DNA of 63,946 nucleotides, filler included, from Stramenopiles sp. TOSAG23-2 (lineage: Eukaryota): NCBI GenBank assembly GCA_900128395.1. It is 3 parts of 3 records of this genome, joined end to end, with 100 filler letters (N's around TTAATTAATTAA, not from the genome) between each part and the next. Parts side by side here need not be neighbours in the genome. Positions count along the whole stretch, not along the records: positions 23,768 to 47,346 come from LT649483.1; 2 more parts are not named here. One strand, 5' to 3'. Of the stretch, positions 23,668 to 36,335 are shown piece after piece. Both the position numbers and the translations under genes were made by a program. Numbering within the stretch: the first letter of the stretch is position 1; the number at the start of each line of letters is the position of its first letter. The notes beneath the pieces are model-generated. The model had not been told where the DNA came from, searched no databases, and worked only from the letters and a program-made list of their open reading frames with translations.

Positions 23668-23767
23668 NNNNNNNNNNNNNNNNNNNNNNNNNNNNNNNNN
23701 NNNNNNNNNNNTTAATTAATTAANNNNNNNNNNNNNNNNNNNNNNNNNNNNNNNNNNNNNNNNNNNN
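23668..23767. other. Artificial contig-joining linker
   Basis: N-run + TTAATTAATTAA (23712-23723; stops in all six frames) + N-run. Confidence 0.97.
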
Positions 23768-23895
23768 TTTTGTTTCGTGGCAGAAGAAAGTGTAAACTTT
23801 CTGTTGGCCATTTGTTTCAAAGTTAAAATTGCTAAATCACAAAACCCCCCCTGCGTGTTCATATATATATATTAATAAAACAATATACTTAATAA

Positions 23896-25519
23896 TTAGT
23901 ATATAAATAGTCTATATCTAGACCAAAGTTTACCAAAGTGATGATGACGTTTGTTGAATTCACAACTACAATTTCTTTTAATTTGGGAAATATTAATGGA
24001 ATAATAAAGAATGTGACTATGTGACTCTTGTTATTTGAGCAACTGAGCAACAGTACTCATTACTCTCTCTCCTCTCTCCAAATCTCCAATCTCTCTCCAA
24101 ACTCTCAACATTTTCAAGCATACCTCTTCGTCACGTTCACTCCATATCCTTTCTCCATACCACCCCCATAAATCATATTCCAACAATTGCTTTTCTCATC
24201 ACCACCTTGCTGTCCATATAATTTTGCAAAGGTCAATACCCATTCACTCCATATCCTTTCTCCATACCACCCCCATAAATCATATTCCAACAATTGCTTT
24301 TCTCATCACCACCTTGCTGTCCATATAATTTTGCAAAGGTCAATACCCACGGTGTTTCAACGCCAGTTTTAAATGCGCAATTGTGACCGCTTAAATAAGT
24401 TGTTATGTATGTTAGCGAGGTTTTCAACAAGTATAATATATAGAAATAGAGGATATAATTATCATACTTACCTATCATCAAATGGTGGTCTCGCATCGTC
24501 TTTATCACATGCTTCACTTGAAAATTCAACAAATGTTGCAGGCTGATTTGTTGATGGTCGTGATTCAAACGCACCATTAAAACATCCTAATTCATGTTTA
24601 GCTGTTAAAGGTGCCTGGAAGCGTAGAGTAATATGAACGATTGATGTGTTAGAGAAGATCCGTTTTTTTGTTGGTTTTTAGGGGAATAGAATTGTATACC
24701 TACTGGCCAAAATGCTCCATCATTTGTTGCTGTAGTAAATAAAATTGGAAATTTCGTATTAACTTGTAATAAATCTGATTTTAACCAAGTTGACGGCCAT
24801 GGTGCTGTGGACCGTAACGTAATATGAATGAATGGTATGTTAGAGGATATATTTTTTTTTTAGGATTAGGGAAATAGAATAATTTACGTACGTGGACCAA
24901 ATGGACCACATATACCTGGATGTTGTGTAACAACTGCTTTAATCGATGTGGTATTGATAATTTTATTATCTGCTTTTGATAATCTTAATCCAGCTTCAAT
25001 AGAACATGTTGCACCCATCGAATGCCCAGCTACGATAATATTATCCAAATCTACAGTATTATACAGTAATGAATTTGGATCATCATTTGCTAATTTTAAA
25101 TATGAAATACCATGTAAAATAAATTCCCCATTTGTATTTGTCGTTAGTGGATTGGTATCCTTCTTTGGACCTTTTACATATGGAAATACCACAACAAAAC
25201 CATGGGAAGCATAATTCCGTAAATTGGGTAAATACATTTCAATCTTAGCGGTACTACCATGCATAAATACTATTACAGGATATTTCTGTGGTTGTGAAAA
25301 CGTTGGTACAAATGCTACTAATGGTATTTTGTCATATGTTGCATTTACTTGCAGAGGTATAAACGTACCGCCAGGTGAACTAGTATTATATGGATAATGA
25401 TTATCATTTTTTAAGGAGCAATCTTCAAATTTCGTCGACATTGTTGCAGCATTAGTCGTACATATTGTTGAACATAATAATGTTATTAATATGCTTGCAG
25501 ATATGATAGATGCCTTCAT
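23896..25519 (-). CDS. Secreted chlorophyllase/cutinase-like alpha/beta hydrolase, multi-exon (last exon tentative)
   Basis: Signal peptide MKASIISASILITLL; ASHGFVV; GHSMG; spliced exons supply TATNDG (Asp) and SGHNC (His); GT-AG introns join in frame. Confidence 0.8.
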
Positions 25520-25961
25520 CTTTTTCAATATATTATTATTATTATTTTTATTATTGTCTATTAAATTTTTGATTTAATTATTATATATCCAATGTTTGAT
25601 TGAATTATAGATTTTTCAAGACATAGGAAAGGCAATTTAATATCTATATTTATTCTATTCGAACACCACCCTACTAATTACTACTATTATTACGTTATTA
25701 TTAATATAATGAAATTATATATAGACTTTTATAATATCATTTACACGCACACGTACAATCACCGATGACCGCGGATTGGCAAAAACAAACAGAAAGATGA
25801 ACCCAGTCTCGTTCCGCTCTCTTTGAAATCTCTCTCGCATATATATATAGCTATTAATCAACTCGTAAGCCTAACTCTTTTAAAACAATTCTCTATTGTC
25901 TTCGTCTTATATATCAACAACCCCGATTAAAAGATGATAATATACTGCGATATGATATTAA

Positions 25962-28900
25962 CTAATAATTCCATTTGCGTGTTGATGCACTCGCTTTTTC
26001 ACTAACATTTTCCATTAAATTAACAGTATTTGCTAACGTTTTATCTTGTTCCGTCATTTTTAAACCTTTCAATGAAAATCTAGGTTTAATATTGATAGCA
26101 CTTTGACTTTTTGATAACCGCATGGAAGAACTATTACCACCAAGTAATATATTTGGACCACTAATACTATGTTTATTTTTCTGTTGCATTTTTTGTCGTC
26201 GTTTTAATAAATTATTTGATGGATAATCCAATGGTAATATATGCATATTACGTAAATATTTCGATGGTTTACCGGCACTTGTACCACGGCGTTTGTATTT
26301 CTTTTTTGAAGAACTTCTATTACTTCTTGGTCGTATGTATCTACTTGCACTTTTTGATCGACGTAATGGTGTACGTTTTTTCATACGTGAAGAAGACTGA
26401 TTATTATTACGCTGTTTATTAAAATTAGAATGATCTTGATGAAATAAACCTGCTGCAGCAGATACTGGACGTTTTGTAAAATCATCAATACTATACATTG
26501 TTGGTGAGCCAATTGCTGATTTTGGACGTATGGTATTATTGTTATTATTACTATTATTATTATTATAGCTACGACCTAATGTACGTGGCATTGCATATCC
26601 ACGTTCTAATAATAATTTCTTTTCTCTTCTATTATCACGTAATATTGCTTGATCTAATTCATCATTTAAAGGTGTATTACTCATACTAAATTGATCTTGT
26701 AATTTCTTCACAGATTCAATAGTTGCCATAACTTTTTCATTTGTTTGTGCAACCCGTTTAGCAGATTGTGCTCTTTTCATACGATATTGTTTAGATAATT
26801 TGTTATTATATGGCATGGATGATGAGCCAAATGCATTACGTCGTGGGACAACACGTGCATTTGCAGTTTGTGGTCGTTGTTTACGTCGTTGTTTAATATT
26901 TTTAATGGATGTCGATTGATTATCATAATATACTTGACGTTTATCACTATATTTTTCTTCTTCTAAATTATTATCATCAACAAAATCTTGTGTAATAACA
27001 GTACGTTTTGGTGTGGCAGATGATGGGTATTTTCTTCTATCGTTATTCTTATCGTATGTAATACCAGCTGTTGGTGCAGCAGATGATGGACGTTGTTTTT
27101 TATATTTATCTATACTTTGTAAATGTTCTTTTGTAAATGTAGCTGTATGTGGATTGTAATTTTCATCACCAATAACAACAGATGTTGTTAGGAACGTATT
27201 ATCACTATTATTATTATTATTATTATGTTCTTGATCTAATGCAGAAAAGACTTCTACATCTTGTCTTTCTAATCGAACTTTCCATCGTTTACGTATCCAA
27301 TTACGTGTAGCACGTTGCAATACAATAACCGCACGTTGTAATTCCTCTGCTTCTTCTTTTTCTTGTAATCGTTGTTGTACAGATATTTCAGCCCATACAG
27401 ATGATTTTACCAATGCTTGTAATCTAGCAGCTTCTGCAAGTGCATTTGCTTTTTCTAATTTTGTTAATGTTTTTAAAGGGAATGGATGTGTATTTAATGT
27501 CGTTTCATGTTGTGTAATTGAACTGTGTTCCGATGTACGATCGTCATCATCTCCATCTTCCATCGTCAACAATGCTACTTTACTACTATTACGCCGTTTT
27601 GGTTGTGTTGATAATTCATCACTAAATAATGATGCATTCGAAATATCTTTATATAAACGATCTTTTAATTTAATAGTAGCAATTTGATTTTCAGCTTTTG
27701 CATATGCAATTTTCATACTATTATCAATTTTCATAACAAAATCATCCCCACGTATTTCTCTACGTTTTCTAGATGCAAATACTTGTTCTTGTGCACGTAA
27801 TAATGTTCGTTCATTTGCTTTATTTTCAGCAGTGGTTTCACCACCATCTTTTGATGTTGCTAACATTGCTAAATGTACATTCCATCTCATATTTGCTGCT
27901 GCAGTTAATCCACTAACTGTTTTTTTCTTTTTCATTGTTGTATGGTTATTGCTATTGTTATTATTATTTTGATTGGATCTCTCTTCGTGTTGTTGTTGTT
28001 GTTCTTTACGTAATTTACCTTCTTTTGTTTTTAATTTTACTTCTTGGCGTTCCAATGCACCTTGTGGTTCATGTAATGCTACTGATACATTGTTATCTTC
28101 TGCACGTCCAATCGATGCTAATCGTAACCAATCCGTTTCCAATGATACATTTCCTAAATGTGTCACTGCAACCTTTTTACATTTACGTCTATAACCTTTG
28201 GTTGGATGTACTAATGTCCAACGTGCTTTTGCACTTTTTTTACCACCAAAATATGGTACTCTTGATGGTAATACTTGTGGCGTGGCTTGATCCATCCGTG
28301 TACGTGTTATATTGTTTAAATCTATTGCCATGCGACTACCTAATGCAAATTCAAACACATCACCTTCTTCACTAATAAATTCTTGATCTTGTATCATTAA
28401 ACGTACACTATCACCAAAGGATACTGGTCCGAAATTTTTATCACCATCTTGATTTAATATTTTAAATGTAGTTGCATTGTTTAATCCTTCTACACATGTA
28501 CCTAATCCATTTTTTCGATTTATTCGCAAATACCATCCTTGCGATGATTTAAAATTGATATATGAACCATAGACAACTTTTGTGCCAGGTTGAAATTCTA
28601 TCATCATAGCAGCATTACGTGTAGATTGTTGTAATGATGATTTTAATTTTTTCGTCGAAGTAATATTTTTGTTGTTATTGTGTTTGGATGTGGTGGTGGT
28701 AGAATTATTTTTTTTGGAACGTGCTTGTCGTGATGATGGTATTGGCTTTTGTTTTTTTAATTGTACATGTATATGGTGGTGGTCATCGTCGTCGTCATCA
28801 TCATCTTCTGGTTTACGTAAATATTTGGATATATCTGTATGTTTAAACGGTAATTGATTTGGATTTTTTTCTTTTAATATAGTATTAATGGAATGTCCCC

Positions 28901-28973
28901 ATTTTGCTCTTGTTTTCATATAATTTGACGCTTTTACAGCTTTCATGACATTGCTTTTACGTAGGCTTGACAT
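25962..28973 (-). CDS. Hypothetical 1003-aa protein with IQ-like motif, probably cilium-associated
   Basis: AVIVLQRATRNWIRKR (IQ-like); beta-rich N-terminal domain; repeated RPx(S/T)A motifs (RPSSA, RPQTA, RPKSA, RPVSA). Confidence 0.7.
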   Translation of the reverse strand: MSSLRKSNVMKAVKASNYMKTRAKWGHSINTILKEKNPNQLPFKHTDISKYLRKPEDDDDDDDDHHHIHVQLKKQKPIPSSRQARSKKNNSTTTTSKHNNNKNITSTKKLKSSLQQSTRNAAMMIEFQPGTKVVYGSYINFKSSQGWYLRINRKNGLGTCVEGLNNATTFKILNQDGDKNFGPVSFGDSVRLMIQDQEFISEEGDVFEFALGSRMAIDLNNITRTRMDQATPQVLPSRVPYFGGKKSAKARWTLVHPTKGYRRKCKKVAVTHLGNVSLETDWLRLASIGRAEDNNVSVALHEPQGALERQEVKLKTKEGKLRKEQQQQHEERSNQNNNNNSNNHTTMKKKKTVSGLTAAANMRWNVHLAMLATSKDGGETTAENKANERTLLRAQEQVFASRKRREIRGDDFVMKIDNSMKIAYAKAENQIATIKLKDRLYKDISNASLFSDELSTQPKRRNSSKVALLTMEDGDDDDRTSEHSSITQHETTLNTHPFPLKTLTKLEKANALAEAARLQALVKSSVWAEISVQQRLQEKEEAEELQRAVIVLQRATRNWIRKRWKVRLERQDVEVFSALDQEHNNNNNNSDNTFLTTSVVIGDENYNPHTATFTKEHLQSIDKYKKQRPSSAAPTAGITYDKNNDRRKYPSSATPKRTVITQDFVDDNNLEEEKYSDKRQVYYDNQSTSIKNIKQRRKQRPQTANARVVPRRNAFGSSSMPYNNKLSKQYRMKRAQSAKRVAQTNEKVMATIESVKKLQDQFSMSNTPLNDELDQAILRDNRREKKLLLERGYAMPRTLGRSYNNNNSNNNNNTIRPKSAIGSPTMYSIDDFTKRPVSAAAGLFHQDHSNFNKQRNNNQSSSRMKKRTPLRRSKSASRYIRPRSNRSSSKKKYKRRGTSAGKPSKYLRNMHILPLDYPSNNLLKRRQKMQQKNKHSISGPNILLGGNSSSMRLSKSQSAINIKPRFSLKGLKMTEQDKTLANTVNLMENVSEKASASTRKWNY

Positions 28974-30446
28974 GATTTTTGAATGTGTATGTGTTCTTTC
29001 TTTAATTTTATTGAGACTGTTATTCTTCTTTTGATTCTATGTATGTAATATTTATGTATGTAATATTTTTTTTGTGAGGTGTGCAAATAATATCGTTTGA
29101 AGGAGGGGTCGGTATTGGATATTGGATGGATAACGTAATAATAAAAACAAATTAATAATAATGATGAGGATGAAGATGTCAACCAAAAAAAAAAAAAATA
29201 ATAATAATAATTTTTTCAATCTTCAAAAAAAAAAGCAACCTTTTCCACGTCTATACAAAAAGTATTCTAACGGTTGTTGGATATGTATCGCTACAAACTC
29301 TTACAAATCGTAATATATATGTATCGCATAAGCATTATGCATCACTATTAATTAATGAGGCTTTTTTCAACGAAATTCCAATTTTCGCAACGGTTTTGAA
29401 GAGGAGAGAGAGGCTTATTTCCCCATTGTTATACGTTGTAATTTATTATATAGGCACAGAGCATTGCTGTTTGTTCCCATAAAAGTGATGCGCCTACACA
29501 GCACTGGTTATTTGTCCATTACCGAATAATCAGGCTTGTGTACCTGCTAATCTAGAAGTCGCTAGGAAAATATCATATATAATTAAGTACAGTAATTAGT
29601 AGGCTCAATAAGAATCGTGTGTTAATTTATTTTCTTAACTTTTCCCTTTTCCCTTTTAGGGCATTGTTATACGTGTTATTTTATTTATTAATTGTGTATT
29701 GTCCTTAATTCTAGATTAATAGTTATCAATAATTCTAGAAAATATATGATGCTATGTAGTGCTACTTTTAGGGCATTGTTATACGTGTTATTTTATTTAT
29801 TAATTGTGTATTGTCCTTAATTCTAGATTAATAGTTATCAATAATTCTAGAAAATATATGATGCTATGTAGTGCTACTGTTGTAGTAATCTGTATTTTTA
29901 GATTTTAGGATTTTACATGAGAGCGAATAATATGTTTTTGGTATTCTAATTTACCTTTAAGTATACCGTTTATCCTATGTTTGATAGGAGGTAAAAACTT
30001 TCATTTTCGGATTTTTTTCGACTTTTTTTAAAAAAACAAAAAAAAACAAAAATAAAATTGATGGAAGAGGAGATGGAAGAGGTAGATGGACGGACAAACC
30101 AAACAATTTTTATGATTATAGGTAATTTTCTACTCTTTGTGCATATTTGTTTCGATATTTTGACCCAGGGAATTGTTGGAGGAGATGGAAGAGGTAGATG
30201 GACGGACAAACCAAACAATTTTTATGATTATAGGTAATTTTCTACTCTTTGTGCATATTTGTTTCGATATTTTGACCCAGGGAATTGTTGTTTATATATA
30301 GTTGTAGAAAGTTTTTTTTTTTACGTGTAGTGATATATATGTTATTATTTGTGTATATTTTTAATTTGAAAGATTTGCATTATCACACACATTTTTAGTA
30401 ATTTTTAGAGTGAAATTTAAGTAAATAATTGTTTTCATATTAACAA

Positions 30447-30722
30447 ATGAATGATACACAACAAAAATTAGATCGTGCGGAACAATTAATCATACAAGTA
30501 CTATTGAATATATCCAAATCAACAGAAATATTATCCAATAATTTAGATGAAGTAAATAGTAGCAATAATAATAATAACATGAATAATAATGTAAATAATA
30601 TTAATCAACTAACTTTACAAATTATCAATAATATGAATGAAGTTGGTACGATATTAAAAGAAAATAAACAAGTATTGTTTCCATTAGAAGATTATACGAA
30701 TAGAAAAAATGTGAAGAGTTAA
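30447..30722 (+). CDS. Small helical protein, possibly Mediator subunit Med11-like
   Basis: 'QQKLDRAEQLIIQVLLNISKSTEILS' two-helix pattern; the 3' ~110 bp is duplicated downstream. Confidence 0.4.
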   Translation: MNDTQQKLDRAEQLIIQVLLNISKSTEILSNNLDEVNSSNNNNNMNNNVNNINQLTLQIINNMNEVGTILKENKQVLFPLEDYTNRKNVKS

Positions 30723-31465
30723 GTTTACAAATTATCAATAATATGAATGAAGTTGGTACGATATTAAAAGAAAATAAACAAGTATTGTTTCCATTAGAAG
30801 ATTATACGAATAGAAAAAATGTGAAGAGTTAAGGAAGGTGTGTAATAATTTTAAAAAGTGTAATAAAAGTGTGTAAAAGTGTGTAATATATTTTGTTTTT
30901 ACGTTTTTACTTTTTTTTTATTTCGTACACGATTCGTACGATACACAATGATACGAAGTTGTTGTGTTTTTTTAAATTTTTCTTTTGTTTTTTTTAAATT
31001 ATGGTTTTCTTTATATTATTGGTTAAAATCTAAGTTATAATAATTTTACACTTCTCGTGTTAAAGTAATATGCTCAATACTCAATCGCAAGAATAATATG
31101 CTATCCTACTATAATAAAGCTCTCCTGACTTCGTCGCAAGCTCTCATGCGCCAGTTTTCTTTATATATATTACAAATTACTATTCGTAAACACGATGATA
31201 CGAGTAATTGAAATTGTTCTGGTGACATAGTATTTTTACTATTACATTATACCATTATACCACTCTTGCCTCTTGCCTCTTGTATATTCATAATTCACAA
31301 AAAAATCATGCCATTAGACCGTGGTGAACATTTTTCCTTTCACGGCGGTATTGCCAGGAATGCTGCATTCTTAAAAAAACACATTAGCGCAATGCCTATT
31401 AAATATTATGGCAGACGGTGTAAATTTTTGGGCTTTGGGCTTCTCTCTTCCTTTTTTTATAAAAA

Positions 31466-33287
31466 TTATAAATTATAAATTACTATCATAAATACGATGA
31501 TCATTGAAATTGTTGACATAGTATTTACGATACTATTTGATAACTCCTCCTCTTCATCATTCCCATTGCCTGTGTTTGAATCTTTTTTTCTTGGCGAATT
31601 TGTAGTTGTCGTTGATCATTGAAATTGTTGACATAGTATTTACGATACTATTTGATAACTCCTCCTCCTCTTCATCATTCCCATCGGCTGTGTTTGAAGA
31701 GCGTGATTTTGGAGAACTTGTAGTTGTCGTTGCTGTGAATGTTGCCGCAACTGTTGTGATCCCTGCAGGAGGTGATGGTGCAGCCGATGTCGTATTACCT
31801 AATGATACTGGCGCAGCTGATGTAGTAGTTGTTACCGCTACTGGCGACGATGTTGTTATTACTCTTTTTGTTGTAGTACTACCTAACGATGTAGCCGTTG
31901 TAGTTGTTGGTGCAGCTGTTGTTGTTGTTGGTGCAGCTGTTGTAGTTGTTTGTTTTAATATACAAACACGATCAGATGTACGATTGCCATTAAATGAAAT
32001 GTATTCATTATTATTGCATTGCTTCCAATTTGTACAATTCGTTTCATTAAATTGATTTAAAGGTTGAAATTGTCCTTGACTACATTGTACACAGTTAGCA
32101 TCAAATGTTGCATGCCCGTTTATACGTTTATACCCAGCATTGCACTTAACATCTTGCCATAGTTGACAAGCTGTACCATTAAATTGATTTAAAGGTTGAA
32201 ATTGTCCTTGACTACATTGTACACAGTTAGCATCAAATGTTGCGTTCCCGTTTACACGTTTATACCCAGCATTGCACTTAACATCTTGCCATAGTTGACA
32301 CGCTGTACCATTAAATTGACTTAAAGGTTGAAATTGTCCTTGATCGCATTGTACACATGTTGCATCAGATGTTGCATTGCCATTTATACGTTTGTATCCA
32401 GCATCACATTTTTGCCAAGGTTTGCATGTATTCCGAAGTGATGGGGCTGATATTGCTACTGAAACTATATTCGTTGGATCTGCATTAAATAGGTTCGCCG
32501 AGCAATTCAAATTGCATAATACTCCTAATTTTGAATTACCATTGTTTACTGCATTGCATGTGCCAGTAAATGGTTCTTCCGTGCATAAATTATCTAAACA
32601 TGTTTTCCATGTTGGTGTACCATCATCTTCATAAAAATTATCATTATTATTTGTATTGTTGAAATATGTATTTATTAATGATATGGTTGGTGATTGATAT
32701 GTAAATATTTCATCACCATTACTAGTTGCATCATTATTGATAAATGATGATTGACGGAGGGTGGTGACTGTAGTGCTATCACCTTGTATATAGAGGCCGC
32801 CTCCATTATAAGCATCATTATTTGATATGATTGTATTCTTCATTGTTACATCACTGCCATATATACGCATACCACCACCAGTACCATACTGCCAACTAGC
32901 TTGATTATTGTCTATCGTAGTATTGTATATAGTACAAACAGCGCTATACATATAAATACCACCACCACCACTACCAGTAGCTTCATTATTCTGAATAATA
33001 CTATTATATGTATTCATAATCGCATTCTTATTCGTACTACTAGCACCTCTTGCATATATTCCACCACCATTATATGCTTTATTATTAAATACAATAGATG
33101 AATACAAATTTAATTCACCACCGTTTGTAAAAATTAATATGGATCCACCATTAAAATCAGGATAACTATAACTACTAACATCCCCACCAACTAATTTTAA
33201 ATAACGTAATATTAATTTAGCATTTGCATTATTTAAATAAAAATGACGTTTATTTGTCGTTGCTGTTATCGTAATTAAATTATTCAT
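31466..33287 (-). CDS. Cell-surface protein: POMP-like beta-helix repeats + TNFR-like Cys repeats + Thr-rich stalk, probably GPI-anchored; 5' end probably missing
   Basis: FNNKAYNGGGIY / NNEATGSGGGGIY repeats; repeated CxAGYKRxNGxATxDAxCVQC units; the duplicated 3' copy ends SMIIVFMIVIYNL* at 31466. Confidence 0.8.
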
Positions 33288-33886
33288 GTACCTTCACCAT
33301 TATGAATAATCTCATTGTTATTTGCTTCTTCGATTAATTTTGCTTGGCGTAATTCTTTCTCTTCTTTTTTCTTCTCTTCTTTTTCTTTAGTACCTTCACC
33401 ATTATGAATAATCTCATTGTTATTTGCTTCTTCGATTAATTTTGCTTGGCGTAATTCTTTCTCTTCTTTTTTCTTCTCTTCTTTTTCTTTACGGTTTCGT
33501 TCTCTTAATAATTGTATTTGGAACATTCGTGCACGACGTGCTTGATCAATATGACGCCGTTCACGTGCACCTTTCACATTACGTACATGAAATTTAGCAT
33601 ATATTAAATCTGCTTTTAAATTTTGCGTATATGAACGAAATGTTGGTGGTAATCCACTTTTTCGTTTGTTGTTGTTGCTGTTGTTCTTGTTGTTGGTTAT
33701 GATGGAATCATCTCTTGTTTTTCTGCTACTGATTTTACGATTCGATTTAAATGGTTTAATCGTTGATGATGTAGTAGATGGACGTTTTGTTGTGATGGAT
33801 CGTCGTAATGATGGTGTTGATTTGTAATTACGTTGATGTAATTTATTATTATTATTATTATTTGATATTAAATGTCGTTTATTCAT
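33284..33886 (-). CDS. Hypothetical basic/coiled-coil protein, 3' end truncated at an assembly junction
   Basis: 200-aa ORF with an exact terminal duplication that abuts the next gene. Confidence 0.55.
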   Translation of the reverse strand: MNKRHLISNNNNNNKLHQRNYKSTPSLRRSITTKRPSTTSSTIKPFKSNRKISSRKTRDDSIITNNKNNSNNNKRKSGLPPTFRSYTQNLKADLIYAKFHVRNVKGARERRHIDQARRARMFQIQLLRERNRKEKEEKKKEEKELRQAKLIEEANNNEIIHNGEGTKEKEEKKKEEKELRQAKLIEEANNNEIIHNGEGT

Positions 33887-34710
33887 TTGTTTTTTTATAT
33901 TTATTTATTATATATATATATATTGCAATGTAAATATATAGTGGTGGTGGTTTGCACAAAATCGAAATATGTAAAAAGGTGGAGTGGATATGAAGAGAAT
34001 GGTTTTATATTCTAGTTTTGTATATATTTTTCCTGTTTACATCTTATATTTTTATATTTTTTTTTCCTTTTGTATTACATGTGTGAAATGTGTTCAAACG
34101 TGAATATATATGCATCAAATCAAACGGTAATCCCATTTATGGTTTTATATTCTAGTTTTGTATATATTTTTCCTGTTTACATCTTATATTTTTATATTTT
34201 TTTTTCCTTTTGTATTACATGTGTGAAATGTGTTCAAACGTGAATATATATGCATCAAATCAAACGGTAATCCCATTTAAAATTACAAAGTCGTTTTTAT
34301 ATGTAGTTTTAAAAGAAAAAACATTGTTCCTGTGTAAACTTTCTAGAGAAACAGGTTATTAAATTGTAATTTGTTTTAATGAACAACACTCCTCTTCCCA
34401 CATTTTAAAACCACAATCAAAATATGCTTTTCCCAATTCTCTTTCACCCACTTTTACACTCCACTTCACTCTTCCAAATCACACAATTTGTCACAATCAA
34501 TCTACAAAGAGACTGATATATTTGTTAAATTCATATTCGATATTGTTTCTCTTTCACCCACTTTTACACTCCACTTCACTCTTCCAAATCACACAATTTG
34601 TCACAATCAATCTACAAAGAGACTGACATATACTAATTGAATTCATATTCGATATTGTATATATTGCATTTTTGATTCAACAGATGAATACCTCATGGCC
34701 ACCACTACGT

Positions 34711-35493
34711 TTAATGATGGCGTTTCATATCATTACCACCACTAACAACACGTTGTTGTTGATATTGTAATTGTTCAAACATGGAAATTTCAGTACGTAC
34801 ATTTAATAATTCTTTTTGCAATTGATGTGTTCGTGCACATGTTCGTGTATATTTCATTTTCATGTCTTCTAAACGTTTTGCTAATAACAAATTAGTACGA
34901 AAGAATTCTTTATATACTTTAGATACATCGTTTTGTTCAATGACTGGGGAGATTGGACGCGCTAATAATGAAAATGGTGCACTACGACGGAAACGACGGC
35001 GACGACGGCGACGTGTTTCTGGCGTGATATCTGTTGTTGCTGTTGTAGTAGTCGTCAATTGAAGAATGTTATTCGATGTATTATTATTTCTCATTTGATT
35101 ATTTTTCATCATTGTTCTTGGTGTTGTTGTAATTGGAATATCAACTGCAGTAGATGCTTTTTTTGTTGATTTGACATTACTTTTTAACTTTGAAATCGTC
35201 TTTGTCGTTGATGGGGTACGTGTATTGTTAATCATCATTCTTGCAGTCGTAGACGTTGTCGTCTTCTTCTTTGTTACATTATTTTTCATCTTGTTGTTTT
35301 TATCATGAGTTGCATTTGTTGTTGAATTTTTTACTATGATTTCATCGACATTATTATCACTATTTTTTGTTTTTTTTCTTAAATTACGTAAGGGTGATGA
35401 TGGTAAAAACAAACTAGTTGATTTTGAATTCTCACGATGTAATATAGAATGTGCTCTTGATTTACTTTTTGGCCGTGGTGTTGTTTTATACAT
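34711..35493 (-). CDS. Hypothetical low-complexity protein with C-terminal coiled coil
   Basis: ATG at 35493; EFFRTNLLLAKRLEDMKMKY...LQKELLNVRTEI heptads. Confidence 0.6.
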   Translation of the reverse strand: MYKTTPRPKSKSRAHSILHRENSKSTSLFLPSSPLRNLRKKTKNSDNNVDEIIVKNSTTNATHDKNNKMKNNVTKKKTTTSTTARMMINNTRTPSTTKTISKLKSNVKSTKKASTAVDIPITTTPRTMMKNNQMRNNNTSNNILQLTTTTTATTDITPETRRRRRRRFRRSAPFSLLARPISPVIEQNDVSKVYKEFFRTNLLLAKRLEDMKMKYTRTCARTHQLQKELLNVRTEISMFEQLQYQQQRVVSGGNDMKRHH

Positions 35494-36335
35494 GATGATA
35501 CTGGATCGTGTTTTCAAAGCTTGATAATATCTACAATTAATAAAATCTAATTTCAAAAAAATGTTTTATTTTTTTTACAATTGTTTTACAAAATTTACAA
35601 AATGTTTTTAAAATAATAAATGATGAAAGTTATTATACACAACAAAAAAAAAAATACTATTATATGTTACAAAAGAAAATAAAGAATATCTATAACTAAA
35701 CACAAATATATAGGTGATAATGCAAATCGTTGATAATATGGATATATATATACTATGATGTATTCAAACTTGTTTTCTTTTCGAAAATCAATTTTTTTCA
35801 TTTTTCCACTTTACAATACTACTATATATGCACAATCTAAATCAAAAAACGAGTTTCTTTTTTTCTTCTTCGATAAATTTTCTTTTCGAAAATCAATTTT
35901 TTTCATTTTTCCACTTTACAATACTACTATATATGCACAATCTAAATCAAAAAACGAGTTTCTTTTTTTCTTCTTCGATAAAAAGGGGGGGGTCGCTGTT
36001 AATTAATAGTATTAGTATTAAAATTTACAGACTTTATTTACATGTAAACAGAAGATATACACGCATACATTGTCTATATTGTTGTCATTTTTTCTACATA
36101 TACGTGTTAACATTGCTAGACATTGAGAACAGAAAATCATTTGGTACGTATACTATAAGAAAAGTAAACGTTGTTGTGTTTGATATTTTTTTTTGAAGAG
36201 TTATAATAAATTTAATTACTTCTTTTTCCGACCATTTTACTTCAGAAATTAACAGTTTTTTTAATAATTAATAATATTACTATAGAAAAAAATACATAAA
36301 ACGACAAATTTTTGTAAACAAAAAAGTATTCCATC

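Noticed and set aside
23712-23723. TTAATTAATTAA palindrome (also 47391-47402)
   Set aside because: Synthetic six-frame stop linker between Ns; genes across it are not neighbours
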